A stretch of DNA of 64,000 nucleotides from an uncultured Pseudomonadales bacterium (GCA_964437755.1 CAYTIA010000003.1:7641-71640); one strand, 5' to 3'; numbered from the stretch's first letter, positions 38,197 to 47,421 are shown. The notes: generated by a model not told the origin, from the sequence alone. Translations and numbers: made by a program.

Positions 38197-39297
38197 TTAT
38201 TTATTCACCAAACTATAAGTTACACCTTTTGTGACACCATATTTTTTAACAACGCCTTTTTCAATTAAATCCTTAAGATCCCTAAGCACTGTGTCAACTG
38301 AAACATTGGGCAAAATCTCCTGAGCATCAGTTGAGGTTATCTCTCCCTGATCTTGCAACAATTCTAGCAAGATAATTTGTCTCTCTGACAAAGCCACTTG
38401 TCGACCCAGTTCTTTCTTTAGTTTTAAGTCTTTCGAAAGTTTTAAAACCTTTTCTTTAACCTTATCGACCTCTATAGCCAACCCATAACAAAAATATTCA
38501 AGCCAATAAGTCATCTCAGCACTTTCGTTTTGCTGTACTGACTGAAGCGCGCTGTAATAACTTTCAACATCACCATCAAAATACTCTTCTAAAGAAAAAA
38601 ATCTTTTAAAGTCGTAACCTGTTCCATAAAGAATTAAAGAGGCCATTGCTCTTGCCGTTCTACCATTTCCTTCTATAAAAGGGTGAATAAAAACTAACTG
38701 ATAATGGGTGATTGCCGCTCTAAAAATTGGGTGAATTTTTTTTGTTTCAGGAGAATTAAGCCAGTCGAAAAACTCCTCAACCATAAATGGAACCTCAACC
38801 GAAATTGGTGGTCTAAATACAATTTTTCCCGCACTATCTCCAGCTCCTTTTACAATTACTTGTTTTCTTCGATAATGACCAATTTGGTCTTCAACAAGTA
38901 GCCGATCCATTGTTAATGAGTGTAAGCTTTTTAAAGTTTTTTCCGAAAATAGATTGGGTGTTAAAGATGGATCTTGTTCATCAATCCATTTAATGACATT
39001 TCTGTAGTTTAGAACTTCCTGAATATCACGCTCTCTGGCAATAATTCCCGCTCTTTTTGCAGCTTCTTCTGGATCATCTATCAGTTCAAGCCTGGATATT
39101 TTTTGAGCTTGGTCTTGAGTTAAATCATTGCCTTCAATCTTAGTTCCGAAATGAATCGTCCTTGCCATTGCATCTTTTTTAAACTTTGCCTCCCAGGCTG
39201 GAACAAGAGGTGAATGGTCGATTAGCGCTTTTGCTGATTCAATAGAACTAATATATGTCAATAAATTATTAGTAAGATTGAAGTTTGGTTTATACAT
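38197..39297 (-). CDS. Fic-domain protein with C-terminal HTH
   Basis: HPFIEGNGRTAR, N-terminal GTKIEGN, C-terminal VSVDTVLRDLKDLIEKG. Confidence 0.9.
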   Translation of the reverse strand: MYKPNFNLTNNLLTYISSIESAKALIDHSPLVPAWEAKFKKDAMARTIHFGTKIEGNDLTQDQAQKISRLELIDDPEEAAKRAGIIARERDIQEVLNYRNVIKWIDEQDPSLTPNLFSEKTLKSLHSLTMDRLLVEDQIGHYRRKQVIVKGAGDSAGKIVFRPPISVEVPFMVEEFFDWLNSPETKKIHPIFRAAITHYQLVFIHPFIEGNGRTARAMASLILYGTGYDFKRFFSLEEYFDGDVESYYSALQSVQQNESAEMTYWLEYFCYGLAIEVDKVKEKVLKLSKDLKLKKELGRQVALSERQIILLELLQDQGEITSTDAQEILPNVSVDTVLRDLKDLIEKGVVKKYGVTKGVTYSLVNK

Positions 39298-39424
39298 TTT
39301 TTACTATAATTTTTTGTTGATCTTCGTCTGAATTCAGTCAATGCATTGTAATCGATTTTTGCAAATTTTGCAGAATTAATTTCTTCACATCTCCTTTAAA
39401 TATCATTTATAATGATTTCAAATT

Positions 39425-39712
39425 ATGTCAAAAATACAAACACCAGAAAACATTGATGAACTTCCATTGGCTGTCATCAAAAATATTATTTCTCTTTCTA
39501 CAAGTGGCTTTGGACTTGTGGTTGCCCTGGCATGGAATGAGTTAATTCGCTCAACTGTTCAAACATATTTAACTCCAATTTTGGGTGAAGGTGGAGGATT
39601 AATTTCATTGTTGATTTATTCTTTAGTCGTTACTACTCTTGCAGTTTTAGTAACTATGGAGTTAGCCAAGATTCAAAAAAAACTTGAAAAGGAAGAAAAC
39701 GAGAAAAGTTAA
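39425..39712 (+). CDS. DUF5654-like small membrane protein
   Basis: FGLVVALAWNELI plus a second TM helix. Confidence 0.7.
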   Translation: MSKIQTPENIDELPLAVIKNIISLSTSGFGLVVALAWNELIRSTVQTYLTPILGEGGGLISLLIYSLVVTTLAVLVTMELAKIQKKLEKEENEKS

Positions 39713-39715
39713 TAA

Positions 39716-40603
39716 ATGCCAACTCTTATTACCCACAGCCAAATTATTTCTTTTCTTAAGCAAATCAGCCTACCCAAAAAAAATTCTCGCAAAGGAGATA
39801 ATGGAAAGTTATTAATCATTGGTGGATCTCATCTTTTTCATGCAGCTAGTCGTTGGAGTCTAGACATAAGTTCAAAATTTGTTGACATGGTTTTTTATGC
39901 CTCAGTACCAAGTAACAATCAATTAATTCATGAAGCAAAATCAAATTTTTGGAACGGAATAGTTATTCAAAGAAATCAAATAGAAGACTACCTAGATGAA
40001 GCAGACTGCATCTTAATTGGCCCAGGAATGGAGAGAGTGTTAAATGAAACAAATGACATCCTCAATACCACCGAGTCCTACGTTAATCACCTCCCCACTG
40101 ATAAAGACTGGGAAGAAAATACTCAGACCATTGTAAATTACCTACTGGCAAAATACCCAACAAAAAAGTGGGTTATTGATGCTGGTGCTTTGCAGATGAT
40201 TGATCCAATACTCTTAACTTCTAGCTGTATTATCACACCACATCAAAAAGAGATGGAAATCTTGCTTGGTAAATGCAAAACAGAAAACCAAAGAATCAAT
40301 CTAAATAAATCAACAGTTTTGCTTAAAGGAGAAGTTGACAAAGTAATTCACAATCAAGAAGAATATTTAATTCCTGGAGGCAATCCCGGTATGACAAAGG
40401 GAGGTACGGGAGATGTGCTCGCTGGTCTAGTTGCTGGTCTTTACACAAACAATCAAATTTTGCCCTCTACAATAGTGTCAAGTCACGTGAATAAAAAAAC
40501 AGGAGATTTGCTTTACAAAAAAAATGGACCATTTTTTAACGCAACTGACTTGGTTAACAAAATACCTCAGGTTTTATGGAGCGAGATAACGGCTAGAGAT
40601 TAA
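39716..40603 (+). CDS. nnrD: ADP-dependent NAD(P)H-hydrate dehydratase (YjeF_C)
   Basis: RKGDNGKLLIIGGS, IGPGM, IDAGAL, TPHQKE, GNPGMTKGGTGDVLAG. Confidence 0.88.
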   Translation: MPTLITHSQIISFLKQISLPKKNSRKGDNGKLLIIGGSHLFHAASRWSLDISSKFVDMVFYASVPSNNQLIHEAKSNFWNGIVIQRNQIEDYLDEADCILIGPGMERVLNETNDILNTTESYVNHLPTDKDWEENTQTIVNYLLAKYPTKKWVIDAGALQMIDPILLTSSCIITPHQKEMEILLGKCKTENQRINLNKSTVLLKGEVDKVIHNQEEYLIPGGNPGMTKGGTGDVLAGLVAGLYTNNQILPSTIVSSHVNKKTGDLLYKKNGPFFNATDLVNKIPQVLWSEITARD

Positions 40604-41708
40604 CAACTTGAGCCGATTTAAGCCGATCCTTGATTTCATTGATCAGACTGTTGTCTGCCGTGGTAATAATTGTTTGTTCACCATCCACAAGCTCTAATAC
40701 TCTCTTTCTGTTCGCTTCATCAAGCTCAGATAGAATATCGTCGAGTAGCAAAATTGGCGATAACCCCGATTCTTGTTTTAAAAATGCAAGTTCTGCTTTT
40801 TTAAGCCACAATACCCCCATTCTTTTTTGTCCTCTTGATCCATACGCGTTTAATGATCTGAGCTCATTATTATTATCCAGCCCTTCGTTTAAAAGAAACT
40901 GAACTTCAAAATCATCTTTGTGCGGCCCAATTAAACTAAACCCCGCTGCAATTTCCGCATCAGAACGCTCAAGCAACCTTTTTTCAGTAATAACTGATGG
41001 CAAATACTTAAACTTAAAAGATAAAGAGGATTCAACGGTTACGTTAACAAACTCAGCAAAACTTTTTCGCGATTCTTGTATTTTCTTCCCATGCTTGATT
41101 AAGCTCATGTTCCAATATGTTAACGCTTGGTGTGGTTGAGTGCCTTCTCTCACCTGAAAAAGCAATCTATTGCGTCTTTTTAATGTTTTTTCATATTGCT
41201 GTAAGGACTGAACATATTCTTGATTCACCTGAGACAAAGCTAAGTCAAGATAATCTCTTCTTCTTGACGGAGATCCCTCAATGAGTCGCATGTCCTCTGG
41301 CCTAAAAACCACAACTAATAAATTTCCAACAAAGTCTTTTTTCCGTCTCTTGTTATCATTCACTGAAAAGTGTTGTCTTTGAGTTCTTTTGCCATTAACC
41401 AATCCCCTTGTTAAAAGTATGGCAAGTTGTGTTTCGTCAATGACGCCTAAATCTTGTGTTTCATTTAACAACTCAATATCAGGAATAATTTTTGCTTTTA
41501 TTTGAGCAATTTCAGCATCTAAAGCCACCATCTCATCAACCTTGCTTGCTCTAAAACTTTTCCCTGTAGCTAGAAGGTGAATTGACTCGACAACAGTACT
41601 TTTTCCGCCAGCATTTGAGGCAACAAAAACTGTTATCTGATTTTGAAACTCAAATATTTTTTGAGAGAAGAGCCTAAAGTCCTTCAATAATAGTTTGTGT
41701 AAAAACAT
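40593..41708 (-). CDS. recF: DNA replication/repair protein RecF
   Basis: NAGGKS, GKSFRA, GSPSRRRDYLD, GPHKDD, GSRGQKR, LLLDDILSELD. Confidence 0.95.
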   Translation of the reverse strand: MFLHKLLLKDFRLFSQKIFEFQNQITVFVASNAGGKSTVVESIHLLATGKSFRASKVDEMVALDAEIAQIKAKIIPDIELLNETQDLGVIDETQLAILLTRGLVNGKRTQRQHFSVNDNKRRKKDFVGNLLVVVFRPEDMRLIEGSPSRRRDYLDLALSQVNQEYVQSLQQYEKTLKRRNRLLFQVREGTQPHQALTYWNMSLIKHGKKIQESRKSFAEFVNVTVESSLSFKFKYLPSVITEKRLLERSDAEIAAGFSLIGPHKDDFEVQFLLNEGLDNNNELRSLNAYGSRGQKRMGVLWLKKAELAFLKQESGLSPILLLDDILSELDEANRKRVLELVDGEQTIITTADNSLINEIKDRLKSAQVVNL

Positions 41709-41735
41709 TTTTTACCTTAAGCTTTGTTAGCGAAT

Positions 41736-42089
41736 TTATTTTTTACCATCAAAAGCCAGCTTAAATCTTACCAGTAAATAAAAAAGCATCGCTTGCCAGT
41801 AAATAATAAAAACCGTTGCCCAAGTTGACAAAAATGAATAATAAATGTCTAGTTCTAAAGAACTATCCTTAAAAATTGCGATCAACAACGATAAAACTAT
41901 TTTTTTCCAAACTACAGTTAAAATTCCTAAAATTAGAGTTGGAAGTAGTGTTAACCAAACGAAAACTTTCTGTTCAACTAACAGCTGCATGGTCTGATAC
42001 GGATGAACTAATAGCCCCAACGAAAATCTTCCCAAAGCATACAAAAATGATATCAACCAATTATTCATATAGTTTTTAGAGCAATCCAA
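41736..42089 (-). CDS. Small membrane protein
   Basis: Hydrophobic 117-aa ORF overlapping the upstream gene in the sigma-recF unit. Confidence 0.6.
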   Translation of the reverse strand: MDCSKNYMNNWLISFLYALGRFSLGLLVHPYQTMQLLVEQKVFVWLTLLPTLILGILTVVWKKIVLSLLIAIFKDSSLELDIYYSFLSTWATVFIIYWQAMLFYLLVRFKLAFDGKK

Positions 42090-42267
42090 TAAGTATTGTT
42101 GTAATAAATGATAGGAGCAAAATTGAAAGCCAGGGATAATACATTATCAACCTTATAAGCTTTCCAAGATCCCTGGGTAAAATTCTACTTTTTTCCAACT
42201 GAGCTTGGCGTTTGGCCTCTAGTTGCAACTGATTTATTAAGTCAATGTTTATTTTTTTATTGAGCAT
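42076..42267 (-). CDS. Small protein with C-terminal TM (candidate anti-sigma)
   Basis: Starts 1 bp after the sigma stop; soluble N-terminus and a terminal TM helix. Confidence 0.5.
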   Translation of the reverse strand: MLNKKINIDLINQLQLEAKRQAQLEKSRILPRDLGKLIRLIMYYPWLSILLLSFITTILIGLL

Positions 42268-42268
42268 T

Positions 42269-42823
42269 CTATGTTAACCGTGTATCACTAATTTGAGCAT
42301 AAATTTTTTTAAATGAGTCCTTTGAGCGCCATAACTCAGACTCCACTGATTTAAGGGTCTTACCTACTTTCTTAGCTATTTCTCTAATTTTTAATCCATC
42401 AACATATTTCATTAGAAGTAATGATTTTCTATACGTTCCCATTCTAGAAAGAGTGAGTCTTACTACATCATTAACCACCCGACTATCAGCAATTGGTTTA
42501 TCTAAAAGATACTTACCAAGCGGTACCACGCTGATCGCTTTTTTCGCGTATTTTTTTCTATAATAGTCAGCAATTTCGTGTCTTAATATAGTATTCATCC
42601 AGGTTCTTAGGCTTGATTCTTCTCTAAAAATTTGAATCTGGCGAAGAGAATTAATCATTGTTTCTTGAACAACATCTTCCGCGTCTTTTGGATTAGATAT
42701 CTTCAAATTTGCCAATGAAAGAAGCTTTGGATGATAAAAATCAAACCATTTTTTCACAGCCAAAGAATCACCACGTTTGAGTTTTTTTACCAGCTCCTTT
42801 TCTTGTTTTATGCTTAAGTTCAT
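42269..42823 (-). CDS. ECF RNA polymerase sigma factor
   Basis: DAEDVVQET, FREESSLRTWM..I.R..IADYYRK (region 2); GLKIREIA...KSVESELWRSK (region 4). Confidence 0.9.
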   Translation of the reverse strand: MNLSIKQEKELVKKLKRGDSLAVKKWFDFYHPKLLSLANLKISNPKDAEDVVQETMINSLRQIQIFREESSLRTWMNTILRHEIADYYRKKYAKKAISVVPLGKYLLDKPIADSRVVNDVVRLTLSRMGTYRKSLLLMKYVDGLKIREIAKKVGKTLKSVESELWRSKDSFKKIYAQISDTRLT

Positions 42824-42984
42824 TTTTGCTGATAAGACTAAATATTTATAGAATAAGTTTATTCTATCACTTACTAGATCATTTATTCACAATCTTGTCA
42901 TTAAAATCAATTTATGTATATAGTCGATAAAAATGGTTCTCAGATAAGAAAAGGCTACAAAATTGCTTTCAAGTGTTATAATAT

Positions 42985-43386
42985 TTGCTACTAGAGATGT
43001 TTAATCAACTTTACTTCTTAATCAACGGCTTTAATTCGTTTGCTCCAAAAGCAAACACTGGTTTAAATTTGTCTGATTATTTAAGAGTTCAAGATAAACA
43101 AGGAAATTCCTCATCAATCGCTGAAGTTTACAACAGTCCCTCAGTTTTCGTAAATCTGATAGTGAGTAATCTTTTTATAATTGCAGGAATAATCATTTTT
43201 TTTATGGTTATTGGAGCTGGATTTAGCTATCTAAAAGATTCTGATAAAGGAAAGGATGATGCAAAAAATCTCGCAACTGGAGCTGTTCTTGGATTTCTTG
43301 TGATGTTTGCAGCCTATTGGATTGTCCAAATTGTAAAGTTATTAACTGGAGCTGATATTCCAATTGATGGGGCTGGCCCAATTTAA
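42985..43386 (+). CDS. VirB2/TrbC-like pilin 1
   Basis: TM-AGFSYL..KDDAK..TGAVLGF..AAYWIVQ. Alternative ATG at 42997. Confidence 0.72.
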   Translation: MLLEMFNQLYFLINGFNSFAPKANTGLNLSDYLRVQDKQGNSSSIAEVYNSPSVFVNLIVSNLFIIAGIIIFFMVIGAGFSYLKDSDKGKDDAKNLATGAVLGFLVMFAAYWIVQIVKLLTGADIPIDGAGPI

Positions 43387-43434
43387 AAAATTACTAACTT
43401 TATACTCAACATATTCATATACAATAAAGCCCAC

Positions 43435-43890
43435 ATGATTAAAAAATTTATTAGTCACAAGCCTTTATTATCTTTTCTCTCAATTGCAACCACACTGTTG
43501 TCACAGCTATTTTTTCCTTTAAGAATATTTGCTCAAACAACCGATCCTTTATTTGGCACCATTGAGCCTCCTGTAGGAGTTGACAAATATCAAGATCAAA
43601 TCGGCCCAGGAGAAATCGGTATTATTTTATTTGTTTCAAATCTAATTAGACTTGTTACAATAGTGGCTGGTATCTGGACCATGCTAAACTTCATCTTAGC
43701 AGGATGGTTATATATAACCTCTTCCGGAGATTCGGACACTGGATCAAAAGTTTCTACAAAAATGATCAATAGTGTTATGGGATTTGCCATTATTGCTCTT
43801 TCCTACACCATAGCAGCTTTAGTTGGACTACTTATTTTTGGAGACGCCTCTTATATTATTAATCCGCAGCTAACATCAGTTTTAAATTAA
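43435..43890 (+). CDS. VirB2/TrbC-like pilin 2
   Basis: Signal ..IFA|QT; AGWLYITSSGD..KMINSVMG..SY. Confidence 0.78.
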   Translation: MIKKFISHKPLLSFLSIATTLLSQLFFPLRIFAQTTDPLFGTIEPPVGVDKYQDQIGPGEIGIILFVSNLIRLVTIVAGIWTMLNFILAGWLYITSSGDSDTGSKVSTKMINSVMGFAIIALSYTIAALVGLLIFGDASYIINPQLTSVLN

Positions 43891-43897
43891 ATTTTTA

Positions 43898-44335
43898 TTG
43901 AAACAGAACATGTTAAACTCGACAAAAACAATTTTTAAAATCATTTTTAATCTAGTTAATGCGAGTCCTGTTAGCGCTCAATTTAATCGAGGAATTGAGC
44001 CACCAAGTGATTCTCCTTATCTAGATATCGTTAGTGGCAGCGGTGATGTAGAGCCACTCCCTGCTTTTGTTTTATTTTTGTCAAACTTAATTGGGTTAAT
44101 TACCCTGGTTGGAGGGCTCTTTTTCATCGTTTATTTTTTTATGGGAGCTTTTAACTGGGTTACTGGAGGCGAAGATTCTGGTAAAGTAGAAAAAGCGCGA
44201 CAAAAAATGATGCATGGAGTACTTGGCCTTGTTGTTTTGGTAATGAGCTATTCACTAATTGGTATTGTTGGCACTATTGTTGGCATTGATCTAATAAACC
44301 TAGAAGAAACTATTATGAGGATCGTTCCTCAATAA
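43898..44335 (+). CDS. VirB2/TrbC-like pilin 3
   Basis: VSA|QF; GAFNWVTGGEDSGKVEKARQKMMHGVLGL..SY. Alternative ATG at 43910. Confidence 0.8.
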   Translation: MKQNMLNSTKTIFKIIFNLVNASPVSAQFNRGIEPPSDSPYLDIVSGSGDVEPLPAFVLFLSNLIGLITLVGGLFFIVYFFMGAFNWVTGGEDSGKVEKARQKMMHGVLGLVVLVMSYSLIGIVGTIVGIDLINLEETIMRIVPQ

Positions 44336-44350
44336 TTATAATATTGAAAA

Positions 44351-44719
44351 ATGTTTAACACCTTTTCATCACTAATACTCAAAGCACAGGCTACATTAAC
44401 CAATCCAATTGTTGGCAATTGGGGAGCTGATGCCGAAGAAGCCACAAGCGGCAGCTTATTTTTTTCTTATGCTTTAAGAATGTGGAGAGTTGGAATGTAT
44501 GCGGGATCTTTAATTGTTTTGGTATATTTTGTATGGGCCGGTGTTGAGTGGATAACTAGCGGAAATGATACTAAAGGAGTGGAAAGCGCAAAAAAAAGAC
44601 TAACCAATGCTGCTATAGGCTTAGTACTAATGGTTTGTTCATTTGCAATAATAGCCTATCTTAATGAATTATTATTTGAAGGTGAATTTGATCTGCTCGA
44701 GTTCACCATACCTGGATAA
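44351..44719 (+). CDS. VirB2/TrbC-like pilin 4
   Basis: LKA|QA; AGVEWITSGNDTKGVESAKKRLTNAAIGL. Confidence 0.8.
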   Translation: MFNTFSSLILKAQATLTNPIVGNWGADAEEATSGSLFFSYALRMWRVGMYAGSLIVLVYFVWAGVEWITSGNDTKGVESAKKRLTNAAIGLVLMVCSFAIIAYLNELLFEGEFDLLEFTIPG

Positions 44720-44726
44720 TCCATAT

Positions 44727-45083
44727 ATGCTATCAACTCTTTTAGCCGACATTAGTATTAATCTTCGAGACAAAGCTGTTGAAGAGGATCTTCCTTTCGC
44801 TGCTGAGGCTGCAGAAACTGGTGGAGCAGAAAACATCTTTACCAGGTTTATTGAACGATTTTTAAGTATAGCTATGTTTCTTGGAGCTTTAATATTACTG
44901 GGAAATTTAGTGTTTGGAGGAGTGGAATGGATTATGGCTGGAGGAGACAGTGGAAAAATTGAAAAAGCTAGAAACAGAATGACTCAATCCGTTGTTGGTA
45001 TTATTGTTCTTTCAGCATCAGTTGCTATATTTATGGTAATCAATGATTTCCTTGGAAATCCTCTTGATATCACTCTGACTTAA
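44727..45083 (+). CDS. VirB2/TrbC-like pilin 5
   Basis: ATG 44727 preferred; GGVEWIMAGGDSGKIEKARNRMTQSVVGI. Confidence 0.8.
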   Translation: MLSTLLADISINLRDKAVEEDLPFAAEAAETGGAENIFTRFIERFLSIAMFLGALILLGNLVFGGVEWIMAGGDSGKIEKARNRMTQSVVGIIVLSASVAIFMVINDFLGNPLDITLT

Positions 45084-45096
45084 TAATTAACATTTT

Positions 45097-45168
45097 TTGA
45101 CTTTTATCGGTCACTCTTGCTATAATACTAATACTTGATATAAACTAAGAGCATTATTTAATAAGGAG
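45097..45168 (+). promoter_or_regulatory. Strong sigma70 promoter and SD for pilin 6
   Basis: TTGACT (45097-45102)-N18-TATAAT (45121-45126) with TGn extension; AAGGAG at 45163-45168. Confidence 0.8.
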
Positions 45169-45173
45169 ACATT

Positions 45174-45575
45174 ATGAACAAAATTCAAAAAACATTTGCT
45201 GGAGTCGGTGCTTCTTTGACCACATTGGCACTTAGCGCAACACAGGCCAGCGCTCAGATTGGAACAATCAATGTTCCTGAAAGAGGATTCGCTACAAGCA
45301 TCGGAGGACTCATTAACAGTGGTTTAAACCTCGTTATGTTGCTTGCAGCCATTCTGGTTTTTGGATATTTAATTTGGGGAGGAATTGAGTGGATTACTTC
45401 TGGTGGTGATAAGGGTCAAACTGAAAAGGCAAGAAACAAAATTACAGCTGCTATTGTTGGACTTGTTGTCCTAGCTGCTTCATATGCAATACTACAACTT
45501 GCTTTAAGTTTCCTAGGCTTTTCAGGAGGAATTCAGGAAGTATTTAACACAGGTATTGTACCAATTAACAATTAA
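45174..45575 (+). CDS. VirB2/TrbC-like pilin 6 (probable major pilin)
   Basis: Signal peptide ..ATQASA|QIG; GGIEWITSGGDKGQTEKARNKITAAIVGL..ASYAI. Confidence 0.85.
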   Translation: MNKIQKTFAGVGASLTTLALSATQASAQIGTINVPERGFATSIGGLINSGLNLVMLLAAILVFGYLIWGGIEWITSGGDKGQTEKARNKITAAIVGLVVLAASYAILQLALSFLGFSGGIQEVFNTGIVPINN

Positions 45576-45596
45576 CCAGTTAATTTATAAAAAGTT

Positions 45597-45624
45597 AAAA
45601 CCCCCGTTTATGCGGGGGTTTTTT
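45597..45624 (+). terminator. Rho-independent terminator
   Basis: aaaacccccg-tttatg-cgggggtttttt. Confidence 0.9.
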
Positions 45625-45653
45625 ATATTAATTTGATGTTATAATTTCATTTA

Positions 45654-46142
45654 ATGAAAAGCAATAATTTGACTAAATTGAGTTTATTTCTTTATAAAAC
45701 AAGAAGTTTGATTCTCTTGTTTCTTATTTTAACCATTTCATTTTTTAACACCCAAATAGTTAATGCTCAAACCGTTGACTGGAATACCCGCGAAGCTGAG
45801 TTGGGAGTTGTCTGCTCAGTAAATGGGGTTGCCACAATTCAGGGAATTATGTGCTTGCTTGCAAACGTGATATCTGTTTTTCTAACACTAGTAGGATTGG
45901 CAGGTTTTGTAATGTTAGTTTTTGGCTCAATCAAGTGGTTAATGTCTGGTGGAAATTCTCAGTCTCTGGAAAGCTCAAAAAAAATTATTACTTTCGCTTT
46001 TATAGGATTGTTTTTAGCTCTTGGTTCCGTACTAATCATCAACATAATTGCAAGCTTCACTGGAATTAACGTGATAGAAAGGTTTTTCATTCCCTCAAGC
46101 GATACTGGAGTCAATAGTCTAGATGAGTGGGATAGTATTTAG
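45654..46142 (+). CDS. VirB2/TrbC-like pilin 7 (Cys pair)
   Basis: VNA|QT; CSVNGVATIQGIMC; GSIKWLMSGGN..SKKIITFAFIGL. Confidence 0.8.
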   Translation: MKSNNLTKLSLFLYKTRSLILLFLILTISFFNTQIVNAQTVDWNTREAELGVVCSVNGVATIQGIMCLLANVISVFLTLVGLAGFVMLVFGSIKWLMSGGNSQSLESSKKIITFAFIGLFLALGSVLIINIIASFTGINVIERFFIPSSDTGVNSLDEWDSI

Positions 46143-46855
46143 TGACCAAATCTTCTCTCTCTTCTTTTATATTCGTCTAAAGCCTTGTCTAGCTCATCTT
46201 CATCAAAATCAGGCATTAGTACATCGGAAAAGTATAGTTCTGAGTAAACACTCTGCCATGGTAAAAATCCAGAAAGTCTTTGCTCTCCCCCAGTTCTGAT
46301 AATCAGATCGGGATCTGGTAAAAAACTAGTATCTAAGTTTTGTGATATTTTTTCTTCAATTTGCTTGATAGTCAATCCAGTCAAATCATCTAGGTCAGCA
46401 ATTTTTTTTACTGTTCGAGCAATCTCATCTCTTCCTCCATAGTTAATTGCCAAAGTAACTGTAATGCTGTCATTGTTTTTACTTGATTCCCTTAATTTAT
46501 TTAGGCCTTCCTGAATATCTTTAGGAAATCTTGAGGTATCGCCAATGGTCATAAATCTTACTTTCTTTTTAATCATGGGCTCAAAACCCTTGATAAAAAG
46601 AGTTCTCATAAGATTTAGGATTGCATTAACCTCTTGTTCTTCTCTCTTCCAATTTTCAGTACTGAAAGCCCACAAAGTTAAGTAAGAAACTCCTCTTTTT
46701 ATACAGTGGTCGGTGATTTTTTCGAAACCCTCTGTGGCCACTTTTTCATGACCTTTAAAAATTTTTAACTTGTTTTTTCTTGCCCAACGACGATTTCCGT
46801 CCATGATAATAGCAATGTGAGATAAGCTGTTAGAGTTTGTTTTCATAAACATCAC
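46139..46855 (-). CDS. uppS: Undecaprenyl diphosphate synthase
   Basis: HIAIIMDGNRRWA, AFSTENWKR, NYGGRDEI, IRTGGEQRLSGFLPWQ, RRFG. Confidence 0.96.
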   Translation of the reverse strand: MMFMKTNSNSLSHIAIIMDGNRRWARKNKLKIFKGHEKVATEGFEKITDHCIKRGVSYLTLWAFSTENWKREEQEVNAILNLMRTLFIKGFEPMIKKKVRFMTIGDTSRFPKDIQEGLNKLRESSKNNDSITVTLAINYGGRDEIARTVKKIADLDDLTGLTIKQIEEKISQNLDTSFLPDPDLIIRTGGEQRLSGFLPWQSVYSELYFSDVLMPDFDEDELDKALDEYKRRERRFGH

Positions 46856-47421
46856 AGTTCTTTAATAAAATTATTTATCTCTTTTGAGATATGTTCGTCA
46901 CCTAATAGAATGTTTACCCATGGAGCATACTTACTCTCGTCATTCTTTAATTGAGATAATAGCTCATCCCAATTTATATACTCATAATCACTAACTTCTT
47001 TTTTATTAAAATCTGGCTTCTTAGAAAACTGCCCCACAAACACTGTATCAATCTCATTCTCGCTATACCCATTATTAAACTCATAAAAATATCTAACTGT
47101 TCCAATTTTTTTTAGTTGGACGCCAGCAATATTCAGCTCTTCCATCAATCTTCTAAGAGCACACTCCAAATGAGTTTCTCCCTGCCTAACATTACCGCAG
47201 GCAGTATTGGCCCAAAGTTCCGCTGCTACAATTTTATGAATACTTCTTTTTTGAATTAGCAACTGCCCCAAACTATTAAATAAAAACACGCTTATTGCTC
47301 GATGAAGGTTTCCTTTTCCCATATGAGCTTTATCTTTTCCCATCTGACCAATCACCTGGTTCTTTTCATTAACAATAATCACTTTATCTAGGTTTGTTGA
47401 GTCCATCGCTCCCATTTCCAC
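46852..47421 (-). CDS. idi: Isopentenyl-diphosphate isomerase type 1
   Basis: KAH..LHRAISVFLFN, QKRS..K, WANTACG, RRLMEEL, ENEID, PW. Confidence 0.9.
   Translation of the reverse strand: MEMGAMDSTNLDKVIIVNEKNQVIGQMGKDKAHMGKGNLHRAISVFLFNSLGQLLIQKRSIHKIVAAELWANTACGNVRQGETHLECALRRLMEELNIAGVQLKKIGTVRYFYEFNNGYSENEIDTVFVGQFSKKPDFNKKEVSDYEYINWDELLSQLKNDESKYAPWVNILLGDEHISKEINNFIKEL

Noticed and set aside
42985-46142. DGR- or shufflon-driven pilin variation
   Set aside because: No reverse transcriptase, recombinase or near-identical DNA repeats among the pilin genes.
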